A stretch of 40,967 nt of DNA from Gammaproteobacteria bacterium (GTDB taxonomy: Bacteria; Pseudomonadota; Gammaproteobacteria; SZUA-229): contig JAPHSZ010000043.1 in the NCBI GenBank assembly GCA_026196545.1, positions 1 through 40,967 on the forward strand, in the 5' to 3' direction. Both the position numbers and the translations under genes were made by a program. Within the stretch, counting starts at the first letter, position 1, and each line of letters starts with the position of its first letter. The notes beneath the pieces were generated by a model. That model was not told where the DNA came from. It saw nothing but the letters and a program-made list of their open reading frames with translations, and did no database searches. This document shows positions 30,301-38,104 of this stretch, one piece after another.

Positions 30301-31452
30301 GGCCAGGGCATAAATATCATCAGAGGGTGCAGGTTCCTTACCTTCAAACATCTCCACTGTTGCATAGGCGGGTGTAAGTGCGCCCAACGTGCCGGCATCA
30401 AAATCAGTAGTGACTCCAGCTGTATTATCTGTTGGTGCCGGATTCAGGTCAGTTTCCAGGCCTGTTTTAGAAATATCGTGATCGGGCGCAGGAGTCTGTG
30501 CAGCACCGCCCGCAGCACGTGCGATACCAAAATCAATGACTTTAACGGGGCCATCGTAAAGAATGAAAGCATTACCGGGCTTGAAGTCTGAATGCACCAG
30601 GCCATTAGCGTGCGCATAGGCCAGGCCTTCACCGAGGCCGGTGATAATTTCCAGGGCTTCCTCTTCAGAAAGGCCTTCCTTGGGCATACTTTTAATAAAT
30701 TCATCTAATGGTTTGCCTTCCAGCAACTCCATTGTCATGTAAACGGTTTCTTTATCACGGTCGAAGTCGTAAACCGTCGCAATATTGGGGTGAGCTAATT
30801 TCTGTGCCTTACTGGTTTCGCGCTGAAGTGAAATAAATGCATCAGGGTGTTCTTTAAAATCTTCTGATAGCACTTTGATCGCCACATAAGGATTCATGTC
30901 CTTGGCTTCGACCTTGAGCATATCGATGGCCTTATAGACCATGCCCATGCCGCCTTCACCCAGCAGCGATACAAGATTAAATCGATCTTTAAGAATACTG
31001 CCAGGTTTTAGCTTGCCGTCATCTTCATCGTCATCATCTTCCAGATTTATATCAGGTATTGATGTGCTAGCAGTCTCTTTGCCTTCCAGCTGAATAGTGT
31101 TATCACCAAGGTTGATATCGGCGATTATTGTGGCATCTTCATCTTCGTCCTGATTTTTGGGTTGTTTTCCGGGTAATTGTGCGATGACTGTTGCATCATC
31201 GTCATAATCAATATTTTCAGTTGATGCTTGAGAATCACCGGAACAGGGCTGAATGCAGCTTAATATTTTACTTTGATAACTGTCGCTAATCTTATGATTA
31301 GTATAGAGATTATCTAGATATTCACTGGCTTTCTTATAAGTTTGTGTGTCTCCGGCATATGATTCAGCCCAGAATTCGAGCAGAGAACAGGCTTCTTCGA
31401 TGCCAATCTCATTATGTATTAACTGTTCGACGGTTGCTTCAAACGTTTTCAT
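27319..31452 (-). CDS. Transmembrane Hanks-type Ser/Thr kinase with periplasmic helical-repeat region and C-terminal FGE/SUMF1-like domain
   Basis: 1377-aa ORF. Kinase motifs are GEGGMGMVYKA, AIKVL, HSDFKPGN (catalytic loop, His codon at 30592-30594), IDFGIA and TPAYATVE. A single TM lies at aa ~457-473 (IVLGTVVTLALIGGFGY, ~30034-30084), followed by ~690 aa of Lys/Glu/Tyr-rich helical (TPR-like) sequence. The last ~180 aa (27322-27867) have FGE-sulfatase-like strings (MVVVPA...YAIGKYEIS..E, NNWGL.NYVGNV.E, GGNFSD, GFRLVRN). Confidence 0.9.
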   Translation of the reverse strand: MKTFEATVEQLIHNEIGIEEACSLLEFWAESYAGDTQTYKKASEYLDNLYTNHKISDSYQSKILSCIQPCSGDSQASTENIDYDDDATVIAQLPGKQPKNQDEDEDATIIADINLGDNTIQLEGKETASTSIPDINLEDDDDEDDGKLKPGSILKDRFNLVSLLGEGGMGMVYKAIDMLKVEAKDMNPYVAIKVLSEDFKEHPDAFISLQRETSKAQKLAHPNIATVYDFDRDKETVYMTMELLEGKPLDEFIKSMPKEGLSEEEALEIITGLGEGLAYAHANGLVHSDFKPGNAFILYDGPVKVIDFGIARAAGGAAQTPAPDHDISKTGLETDLNPAPTDNTAGVTTDFDAGTLGALTPAYATVEMFEGKEPAPSDDIYALACVAVQLLTGKHPFKKRTAPKAKEKGMKPPVIDGFTKRQQRALEKALEFTREKRTETMEEFLDGIRRRKNYTKQIVLGTVVTLALIGGFGYKPITNYYEQEEIDKIILQANNGSTTRLLQTLASLKQYKTEKSNAIKNGIKEKALQIYTEKIQEAFNVEQEQYEFETATGFIDEALSYYPDSAAIKDLSVEIVDQKSALIEELQDKYMEQLLSRNLLADDSKDDMTDTLKLLKKIAPEDEAFKDPRLEFGYYDAAQKSIQKKQFETASIYLATGLEYVPQSLIYKNISDEIILNRLKNQISKAQVQSGNSIPEGIESISELRPYINDLVILSLEENNNEPAYRNFRQLFKNEFKRLSTIDSQQAEELLQLFSAALPTNELIEYSEQLEVDNIDAATTDNKIFVKTHFINNDTDLEKLIDHIAAIRSSISQYKINALTHYNLDYETSAESLGKENRAILISYYNDMYRSLLTVANTEESANNRLNETTQRYKAELMSVKLEAGIENQKRIFRNIAAESRLKDSVETYEKIVNNTDDTEFIEYAQKEISRMYSNLAESNANDDNYENAFINAQKAKEYFSNEYVEKQIRVYKKEISTKEVARLVLTREEEDKINAEKLLKTLKLEYPDDYSFIVNKIGYLINFEIIPLAKIDLLDAHRLKEYALSVVNSKIIANVSIEPLPKPSKFSLQGKIEVSQKNLTAAKTSLNRAIAIHPSHYQVDELREMLNEQVKVADDIYKKYIKYFSEEKYDKADKALNDSIAQWKDNPSYNKERLYYDRIMKQVKANAKLCRKDLQGIGKQTRGACNDVVLSLKKPAPTMVVVPAISIKSEPYAIGKYEISIKELNNYCESTNQCTKNTTPDQELPATNVPKEIIESYTSWLSTETGFNYQIASHDQWLNAASSGGREGNSNYNCRLRLGTKLIKGQNIVPVKSGSVNNWGLINYVGNVDEIVKADNGYILAGGNFSDSISDCKISLEKPFTGNSNTTGFRLVRNLE

Positions 31453-31457
31453 GCATA

Positions 31458-32270
31458 CTAACCCTTAAAAAAATCAATAGTGATAATTGTGACATTGTCA
31501 CGACCACCCCTATCGAGCGCCTGCTGCATTAGCGTTTGGTTGGTGGAGACTGTTGAGCCATTGCCCGCAATGGATAATATTTCTTCGTCTGATAATTCTT
31601 TAGATAAGCCGTCGGAGCAGAGAATATAGCGATCACCGGGTAATATAGAGAGTTTGCGGTAATCTAATGTAAGGTCTTTATCATAACCTACAGCACGGGT
31701 TATTTTGTTTTTGTCAGGGTGATTTTCAGCATCCTCTGCATTGATAAGATCTTCTTTCACCATGTCGTTGACCAGGCTATGGTCGGTAGTGATCTGCTCG
31801 ATTTTACCGGAACGTACGCGGTAAATACGGCTGTCCCCAGCCCAGAGCGCAATGCCTCGGTTATCCTTGCTGACTAATAAGGCAATGGTGGCACCAATGA
31901 CAGTGTCATCAGCGATATTTGAAGCCTTTTTTATCAGGTTTAAATTGGTCTGCTGGATAATAGCTTCTACATTTTCGGCCGATTCTTCAATTGAGTCGCC
32001 GGCATTGTAGAAAGCTTCAACATCGTTGACTAAAGACTGACTGGCAAAATCACCTGCATTGTGACCACCCATGCCATCAGCGACGAACCACAGGCATTTA
32101 TCATCTGATGAGTAAAAGGAATCTTCATTATGAAGGCGTTTTTTACCTACATCAGTCTGTCCTTCAGATAATACGCTCAGCGGAATGATGTCATCAGACG
32201 ATATGTCATCGCCGAATTGGGATCGCAAGGTATCCATGTTGACTGATGTTATATCTTCATCTGAAGTCAT
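31458..32270 (-). CDS. PP2C-family Ser/Thr protein phosphatase
   Basis: 270-aa ORF with motifs G.KR..NEDSF, FVADGMGGHNAGDFAS, CSDGLS and GGRDNVTIITIDF. It ends 5 nt upstream of the kinase start, so the two are probably translationally coupled in one operon. Confidence 0.9.
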   Translation of the reverse strand: MTSDEDITSVNMDTLRSQFGDDISSDDIIPLSVLSEGQTDVGKKRLHNEDSFYSSDDKCLWFVADGMGGHNAGDFASQSLVNDVEAFYNAGDSIEESAENVEAIIQQTNLNLIKKASNIADDTVIGATIALLVSKDNRGIALWAGDSRIYRVRSGKIEQITTDHSLVNDMVKEDLINAEDAENHPDKNKITRAVGYDKDLTLDYRKLSILPGDRYILCSDGLSKELSDEEILSIAGNGSTVSTNQTLMQQALDRGGRDNVTIITIDFFKG

Positions 32271-32581
32271 TCTTTATTCCTTTATCTTCAATCACACTCG
32301 AAAAACCGAGTTATCATCGTAGATCATTTATTTGGGTGATTGCATACGAATAACATAAATCATAATGACTATAAATTACTCGCTACCAGCTTGTTAAATA
32401 TAACATAACATCATGAAATATATAATAAATGAAATGTATATTTATAGTTGTATTTCTATATAAAAATGCCTGAGATGCCAGATTTTCGTTTATGCTATTT
32501 TTTTATATCTTTTGTTCATAAGATTCATGTTCATTTCGTAAAGATATTCATATAATGTCAGATTTTGACGAAGCATATATT

Positions 32582-33763
32582 ATGACAGCTATAGGAACCC
32601 CCTTATCAAACTCAGCTACAAAGATCCTGTTTTGCGGCGGTGGTGAGCTTGGCAAAGAAGTAGTCATTGAACTACAGCGACTGGGGGTTGAGGTGATAGT
32701 GGTCGATCGCTATGAAAATAGTCCGGCCATGCAGGTGGCCCATCGAAATCATGTGATCAATATGCTCGATGGCGCCGCTTTACGCGGGGTAATTGAAGCT
32801 GAAAAACCAGATTTCATCGTACCCGAGATTGAAGCCATTGCCACAGATATGCTGGTAACGCTTGAATCTGAAGGTTTTACCGTGATACCCAGTGCCCGTG
32901 CAGCTCATTTAACGATGAATCGAGAGGGTATACGGCGTCTGGCAGCTGAAGAATTATCCATTAAAACATCACCTTACCGCTTTGCTACAACCCGTGCCGA
33001 ATTTGACCATGCAATTGAGGAAATCGGAATTCCCTGCGTGGTGAAACCGATTATGAGCTCTTCTGGAAAAGGGCAGAGTACGATCAGGCAGTCATCGGAT
33101 ATTAATGCAGCGTGGGATTATGCTCAGGAGGGTGGGCGTAGCGGGGCAGGCAAGGTCATTATCGAAGGTTTTGTCGATTTTGATTATGAAATCACCCAAC
33201 TTACGGTACGCCATAAAGCGGGCACCAGTTTTTGTCAGCCGATTGGCCACGTTCAGGTCGATGGTGATTATCGCCAGTCCTGGCAGCCACAGGCGATGAC
33301 TGAGCAGGCCATGGATACAGCGCAAGAGATAGCGGAAAAAGTGACTGACGCTCTTGGTGGTCATGGTATTTTCGGCGTTGAGCTATTTATCAAGGGAGAT
33401 GAGGTGATTTTTAGCGAAGTTTCACCCAGGCCACATGATACTGGCATGGTGACCATGATTTCACAGGATTTGTCCCAGTTTGCCCTGCATGCTCGAGCTA
33501 TCCTCGATTTGCCTATTCCTAATATCCATTTTCATGGGCCTTCAGCTTCCAGCGTGATTCTCGCTGAGGGGGAGTCCACCGAGCCGGTATTTGGCAATCT
33601 GGATGCTGCATTGGCTGAGCCTGATACCCAGGTTCGATTATTTGGAAAGCCGGAGGTGATGGGGTGTCGACGTATGGGCGTGGTGCTGGCCAGGGCCAAC
33701 AGCGTTGATGATGCCCTGCAGAGGGCAAAACAGGCATCAAAGCAGGTGGAAATTCAGCTGTGA
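32582..33763 (+). CDS. purT: Formate-dependent phosphoribosylglycinamide formyltransferase (GAR transformylase 2)
   Basis: The N-terminus [35 protein letters not shown] follows the pattern I remember for enterobacterial PurT. An ATP-grasp body and the ..[24 protein letters not shown] motif are present. The ORF track begins at ATG 32555, but I prefer 32582 on N-terminal homology. Neither start has a clear SD. Confidence 0.9.
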   Translation: MTAIGTPLSNSATKILFCGGGELGKEVVIELQRLGVEVIVVDRYENSPAMQVAHRNHVINMLDGAALRGVIEAEKPDFIVPEIEAIATDMLVTLESEGFTVIPSARAAHLTMNREGIRRLAAEELSIKTSPYRFATTRAEFDHAIEEIGIPCVVKPIMSSSGKGQSTIRQSSDINAAWDYAQEGGRSGAGKVIIEGFVDFDYEITQLTVRHKAGTSFCQPIGHVQVDGDYRQSWQPQAMTEQAMDTAQEIAEKVTDALGGHGIFGVELFIKGDEVIFSEVSPRPHDTGMVTMISQDLSQFALHARAILDLPIPNIHFHGPSASSVILAEGESTEPVFGNLDAALAEPDTQVRLFGKPEVMGCRRMGVVLARANSVDDALQRAKQASKQVEIQL

Positions 33764-33929
33764 CATTAAAAAATATTTGAAATATTCACCCGGTCACAAT
33801 TAAAGTTTTATTCCTGTATTTTCCTCCCATAAACATGGTTATTTCTGCCATAATAAACCGCTTGTTGTTAATAAGTCTCATATGTAATCTGGTAATAAAA
33901 ATAGCAAAGATTTGAGGTGGAGAGGTTAG

Positions 33930-35345
33930 ATGATTGTTCCAGTGATTTTGTCGGGTGGTTCCGGTACCCGATTGTGGCCGTTATCAAGGAAAATGCACCC
34001 CAAACAGCTACTCCCGCTACTCAATAAAACCACGCTGCTTCAGGACACGGTCAATCGTTTTAAAACCGCCGCTGATATTGATCATGCCGTTGTAATCTGC
34101 AACGAAAGCTATCGTTTTATGGTGGCTGAGCAGGTCCGGCAGTCAGAAATCAACAATGTGGATATTATCCTCGAGCCGTTTGGCCGGAATACCGCGCCAG
34201 CCATTGCCCTGGCCGCATTTAATGCGATAAAAGATGAAAATGATCCCGTATTGCTGGTTTTGCCTGCTGATCATGACATTAGAGACGTCGATAGTTTTCT
34301 TGCAGCGGTAAATACAGGTCAGAAACAAAGTGAATCAGGCAATCTGGTCACTTTTGGCATCGTGCCTGATAAACCGGAAACTGGCTATGGCTACATCAAT
34401 GCGGGTGATTCGATCGGCGATAATTGTTACCAGGTCGCCGGGTTTGTAGAAAAGCCCGATAAGAATACGGCTGAAAGTTATATAGAGCAGGGCAGTTACT
34501 ACTGGAATAGTGGCATGTTCATGTTCAAAGCCTCGACCTATCTCAATGCGTTAGAACGATTAGCACCAGCTATGTTCGAGGCCTGCCAGAAAGCTTATAG
34601 CAAATCACAAAAAGACATGGACTTTGTGCGTATTGATGAAGCCTCATTTGAGAGTTGCCCGAGTGACTCTATTGATTATGCCATCATGGAAAAAGTAGAT
34701 AATGCGGTAGTTATACCCGTTGATATCGGCTGGAGCGATGTGGGTTCGTGGGCCGCGTTACATGATATCGGTGATACCGATGCAATGAATAACAGGATTA
34801 TCGGTGATGTTGAAACTGAAGCCTCAAAAAACTGTTATATCCGGGCCGAATCAAAACTGGTCGTTGCGTTGGGTGTGGATGATTTAATTGTTGTTGATAC
34901 TGATGATGCTTTGTTGGTTGCACATCGTGGAAAAGTACAGGATATAAAAAATATTGTTGAAAAATTACATAACGATGGACGAGATGAAGTTATGTTGCAC
35001 AAAAGCGTCTGCCGTCCCTGGGGCTGTTATCAGGGTATCGATAGTTCAGATCGTTTTCAGGCTAAACGTATTACCGTAAAACCAGGTGCAGTATTGTCGT
35101 TACAGATGCACCATCATCGATCGGAACACTGGGTAGTGGTAAATGGCACGGCAAAAGTAACCAAAGGTGATGAGGAGTTTGTGCTTTCAGAGAATGAATC
35201 GACTTATATACCTTTAGGAGTTAAGCATCGCCTGGAAAATATCGGCAAAATCCCTTTAGAGATTATAGAAGTTCAAACAGGTAGTTATCTGGGAGAAGAT
35301 GATATTGTACGCTTTGATGATGTTTATGGTCGAAGTGAAAAATAA
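33930..35345 (+). CDS. manC: Bifunctional mannose-1-phosphate guanylyltransferase / mannose-6-phosphate isomerase (type II PMI)
   Basis: 471-aa ORF with a GGTGGAGAGG RBS. The N-terminal motif is PVILSGGSGTRLWPLSR...PKQ. Also present are GYGYI, WNSGMF.F and a C-terminal cupin motif (RPWG.Y......RFQ.KRI.V.PG..LSLQMHHHRSEHW.VV.G). Confidence 0.9.
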   Translation: MIVPVILSGGSGTRLWPLSRKMHPKQLLPLLNKTTLLQDTVNRFKTAADIDHAVVICNESYRFMVAEQVRQSEINNVDIILEPFGRNTAPAIALAAFNAIKDENDPVLLVLPADHDIRDVDSFLAAVNTGQKQSESGNLVTFGIVPDKPETGYGYINAGDSIGDNCYQVAGFVEKPDKNTAESYIEQGSYYWNSGMFMFKASTYLNALERLAPAMFEACQKAYSKSQKDMDFVRIDEASFESCPSDSIDYAIMEKVDNAVVIPVDIGWSDVGSWAALHDIGDTDAMNNRIIGDVETEASKNCYIRAESKLVVALGVDDLIVVDTDDALLVAHRGKVQDIKNIVEKLHNDGRDEVMLHKSVCRPWGCYQGIDSSDRFQAKRITVKPGAVLSLQMHHHRSEHWVVVNGTAKVTKGDEEFVLSENESTYIPLGVKHRLENIGKIPLEIIEVQTGSYLGEDDIVRFDDVYGRSEK

Positions 35346-35376
35346 AGTGATTTAAATCAGGTTAAAAAGAAAGAAG

Positions 35377-36681
35377 ATGAAACGAGAATTAATTGAGAAG
35401 CTTAATAATCGAACTGCATTGATTGGAATTGTTGGTCTTGGTTATGTAGGAATTCCTTTGTCTATTAGTTATGCCAACAGTGGTTATAAAGTTATTGGTT
35501 TTGATATTGATCAGTCGAAAATTGATTATATTTCAGCAGGAGAAACTTATATTAAGCATATTCCTGATTCAGAGATACAATGCTTAGTTGATAATGGTTT
35601 TGAAGCAACGATTGATTTTTCACGTGCATCTGAAGTAGATGCGTTGATATTATGTGTGCCTACGCCACTGGATCAGCATAGAGAACCTGATCTTAGTTTT
35701 GTACTGGATACAACCGATTCTTTATTGCCTTATATTAGAAAAGGGCAGGTCATGTCGCTTGAAAGTACAACCTACCCGGGCACAACAGATGAAGAACTCA
35801 AGCCTCGTATAGAAAGTACAGGTTTAAAAGTAGGTAAGGATGTTTTTCTCGTTTATTCACCAGAACGTGAAGATCCTGGCAATGAAAATTTTACTACTCA
35901 AACTATACCCAAAGTATGCGGAGGTGATAACGAGGCTTGTCAGGAAGTAGGGATGGCGCTTTATGGACAAGTTATTAATAAAGTTGTTTCGGTGAGCTCT
36001 ACACGAGCTGCTGAGATGACAAAGCTACTCGAGAATATTCATCGCGCAGTCAATATTGGTCTTGTTAATGAAATGAAAATTGTTGCTGATAAAATGGGTA
36101 TCGACATTTATGAAGTTATTGATGCGGCAGCAACTAAGCCTTTTGGTTTTGTTCCCTATTATCCAGGCCCTGGTTTAGGTGGTCACTGTATCCCCATTGA
36201 TCCTTTTTATCTGACATGGAAAGCAAGAGAGTATGGTATTAATACTCGGTTTATTGAATTGGCAGGGGAGGTAAATAGCAATATGCCAGAGTGGGTTGTA
36301 AGTAAGGTTGTTCAAGGATTGAATGCTCATAAAAAATCTATCAATGGTAGTCGAATATTAATGCTTGGTATTGCATATAAAAAGAATGTTGATGATATGC
36401 GTGAATCACCATCAGTTGAGATTATGCAGATGATGCAAAATGTGGGGGCTGACGTAGAATATTCAGATAATTATGTTCCAGTGTTTCCCAAAATGCGTCG
36501 CTATAGCTTCAACTTGGAAAGTGTTTCTCTTGATGCTGATGTGCTAAAGCAATATGACTGTGTAGTAATTGGAACAAATCATGATGATTTTGATTATTCA
36601 TTGATTTTAGAGAATGCAAGGTTGATCGTAGATGCGAGAGGAGTGTATCGTGGGCGGTATGAAAATGTTATTAATGCCTAA
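35377..36681 (+). CDS. Nucleotide-sugar dehydrogenase, UDP-glucose/GDP-mannose dehydrogenase family (WbpA-like UDP-N-acetylhexosamine dehydrogenase)
   Basis: 434-aa ORF with N-terminal NAD loop [13 protein letters not shown], catalytic-Cys region [21 protein letters not shown] and a C-terminal UDP-binding domain ([16 protein letters not shown]). Substrate assignment beyond the family level is tentative. Confidence 0.85.
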   Translation: MKRELIEKLNNRTALIGIVGLGYVGIPLSISYANSGYKVIGFDIDQSKIDYISAGETYIKHIPDSEIQCLVDNGFEATIDFSRASEVDALILCVPTPLDQHREPDLSFVLDTTDSLLPYIRKGQVMSLESTTYPGTTDEELKPRIESTGLKVGKDVFLVYSPEREDPGNENFTTQTIPKVCGGDNEACQEVGMALYGQVINKVVSVSSTRAAEMTKLLENIHRAVNIGLVNEMKIVADKMGIDIYEVIDAAATKPFGFVPYYPGPGLGGHCIPIDPFYLTWKAREYGINTRFIELAGEVNSNMPEWVVSKVVQGLNAHKKSINGSRILMLGIAYKKNVDDMRESPSVEIMQMMQNVGADVEYSDNYVPVFPKMRRYSFNLESVSLDADVLKQYDCVVIGTNHDDFDYSLILENARLIVDARGVYRGRYENVINA

Positions 36682-36770
36682 TGTAATAGTTTGATAATCA
36701 CTTCGTTTTTTATGCTGGTTTGTGTGTGATTCCTTATAAACTTTCGCAGTGTTTTAGCGGGTAGAATGCG

Positions 36771-37832
36771 ATGCCAGAAATCTTAATTTTCAGGATAGGC
36801 CAGTTGGGTGATACTTTGATTGCGCTACCTGCCATTGAAGCAATCCGTCATAAATACCCGAGCCATCGCCTGATATTGCTAACTGACCGCCATAAAACCA
36901 GTAAAGGTTATATTTCATCTTGGGATATTTTAGGACCGACAGGTTGGTTTGATCAGGTTATTTATTATGACGCTAGAGTCAAAGGGTGGAATAAGTTAAA
37001 AAACTTGCTTTTTTTAATTAAAAAATTACGCGATTTTAATGTGGAGCATTTATATAATTTATCTCCTGTAAGAACAAAGTTTTCATCTTTAAGGGATGTG
37101 TTTTTTTTTCGTAATGTAATTAGCCCGGATAATTATTATGCGCGCACTGATCATGCGTTACCTCGACCCGCCAAGGGAAAAGTGCCAAGGTTAACTCCTG
37201 AGTGGAAAATATTATATCAGATGGTTGCGATGGATTCCCATGAGTCCTGTAAATTTCGTTTGCCTATACCTCAGCGTGAGCGCAAAAAAGCGATTAATGT
37301 TGCGCTATCAGAGGGCATCAACTTAACTATGAAATTTTTGGTAATAGGGCCGGGTTCAAAAATGCCTGCAAAGCAGTGGCCATGCGAATATTTTGAGGAT
37401 TTGGGAAACCGTATACTCAGTGAATATCCAGATTTGCAATTAATCATTTTGGGCGGGAAGGAAGACTCGTTTATGGGTGATAGTTTATGTGATGTATGGG
37501 GAGAGCGGTCACATAATTTAGCTGGCAAACTTAGTATTTATGGATCTGCTGCGATACTTGAACAAAGTGAAATTTATATAGGCAATGATACTGGCACAAT
37601 GCATTTAGCCGCCATGGCAGGAGTACCCTGCTTAGCAATTTTTAGTGCGCGTGACTATCCTGGTAAGTGGTATCCATATGGTGCCCACAATACTGTTTTG
37701 CGCCGTTCAGTTGAATGTGAAATTTGTATGTTGCAGGTCTGTGAATATAATAATAAATGCTTGAAAAACATAAAATCAGGGGAAGTATTTGATGTTACAA
37801 GAAATATGCTACGGAATACATTATCAAAGTAG
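36771..37832 (+). CDS. Glycosyltransferase family 9 (heptosyltransferase-like, LPS/LOS core)
   Basis: 353-aa ORF with N-terminal IFRIGQLGDTLIALPAIEAIRHKYP (GT9 hallmark), central GPGS....KQWP, GNDTG.MHLAA..G.P and a C-terminal Cys cluster (CEIC...VC.....C) common in this family. Confidence 0.8.
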   Translation: MPEILIFRIGQLGDTLIALPAIEAIRHKYPSHRLILLTDRHKTSKGYISSWDILGPTGWFDQVIYYDARVKGWNKLKNLLFLIKKLRDFNVEHLYNLSPVRTKFSSLRDVFFFRNVISPDNYYARTDHALPRPAKGKVPRLTPEWKILYQMVAMDSHESCKFRLPIPQRERKKAINVALSEGINLTMKFLVIGPGSKMPAKQWPCEYFEDLGNRILSEYPDLQLIILGGKEDSFMGDSLCDVWGERSHNLAGKLSIYGSAAILEQSEIYIGNDTGTMHLAAMAGVPCLAIFSARDYPGKWYPYGAHNTVLRRSVECEICMLQVCEYNNKCLKNIKSGEVFDVTRNMLRNTLSK

Positions 37833-38104
37833 TCTGTAGTGTTCTGCGATATTGTCGGATCAATTAACAAAATAAATGCAAATAAATAAAACGTGATTTA
37901 ACTGATTGTGTTTTAAAATTGTATGCTAATTTATTGAAAATGTTGTTAATTATTTTGTTTTAATTAAAGCTGCCAGAATTAGCTGTCGATTATGCTTACA
38001 TTATTACTATAATATAGTTTGCTTATACTGTGGTTTTTTTAAATATAACAACACATTATATTCTTGGCATAAAAAATGCTAATTCAATAAATACTATAAT
38101 TTTT

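Noticed and set aside
26406-32270. Type VI secretion threonine-phosphorylation pathway (PpkA/PppA/Fha1)
   Set aside because: No T6SS structural genes (TssA-M, Hcp, VgrG) are in the window. The FHA domain is fused to a cyclase and the kinase carries an FGE-like rather than a vWA periplasmic domain. I use it only as an analogy.
32555-32581. Upstream ATG (32555) as the purT start
   Set aside because: The nine extra residues (MSDFDEAYI) have no counterpart in the PurT N-terminus I remember, and MTAIGTPL.. aligns with it. Neither start has a convincing SD, so this is a preference, not a certainty.
33771-33785. AATATTT-G-AAATATT palindrome just after purT
   Set aside because: It is AT-only with 7-bp arms, a pattern expected by chance in AT-rich intergenic DNA, and there is no supporting context.
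27319-37870. Small internal ORFs (29108-29335, 29798-30013, 30082-30282, 30444-30704, 31344-31532, 33092-33364, 33105-33299, 33519-33740, 34143-34328, 37271-37528, 37655-37870)
   Set aside because: Each is nested, off-frame or antisense, in a gene with strong family motifs (kinase, purT, manC, GT9).
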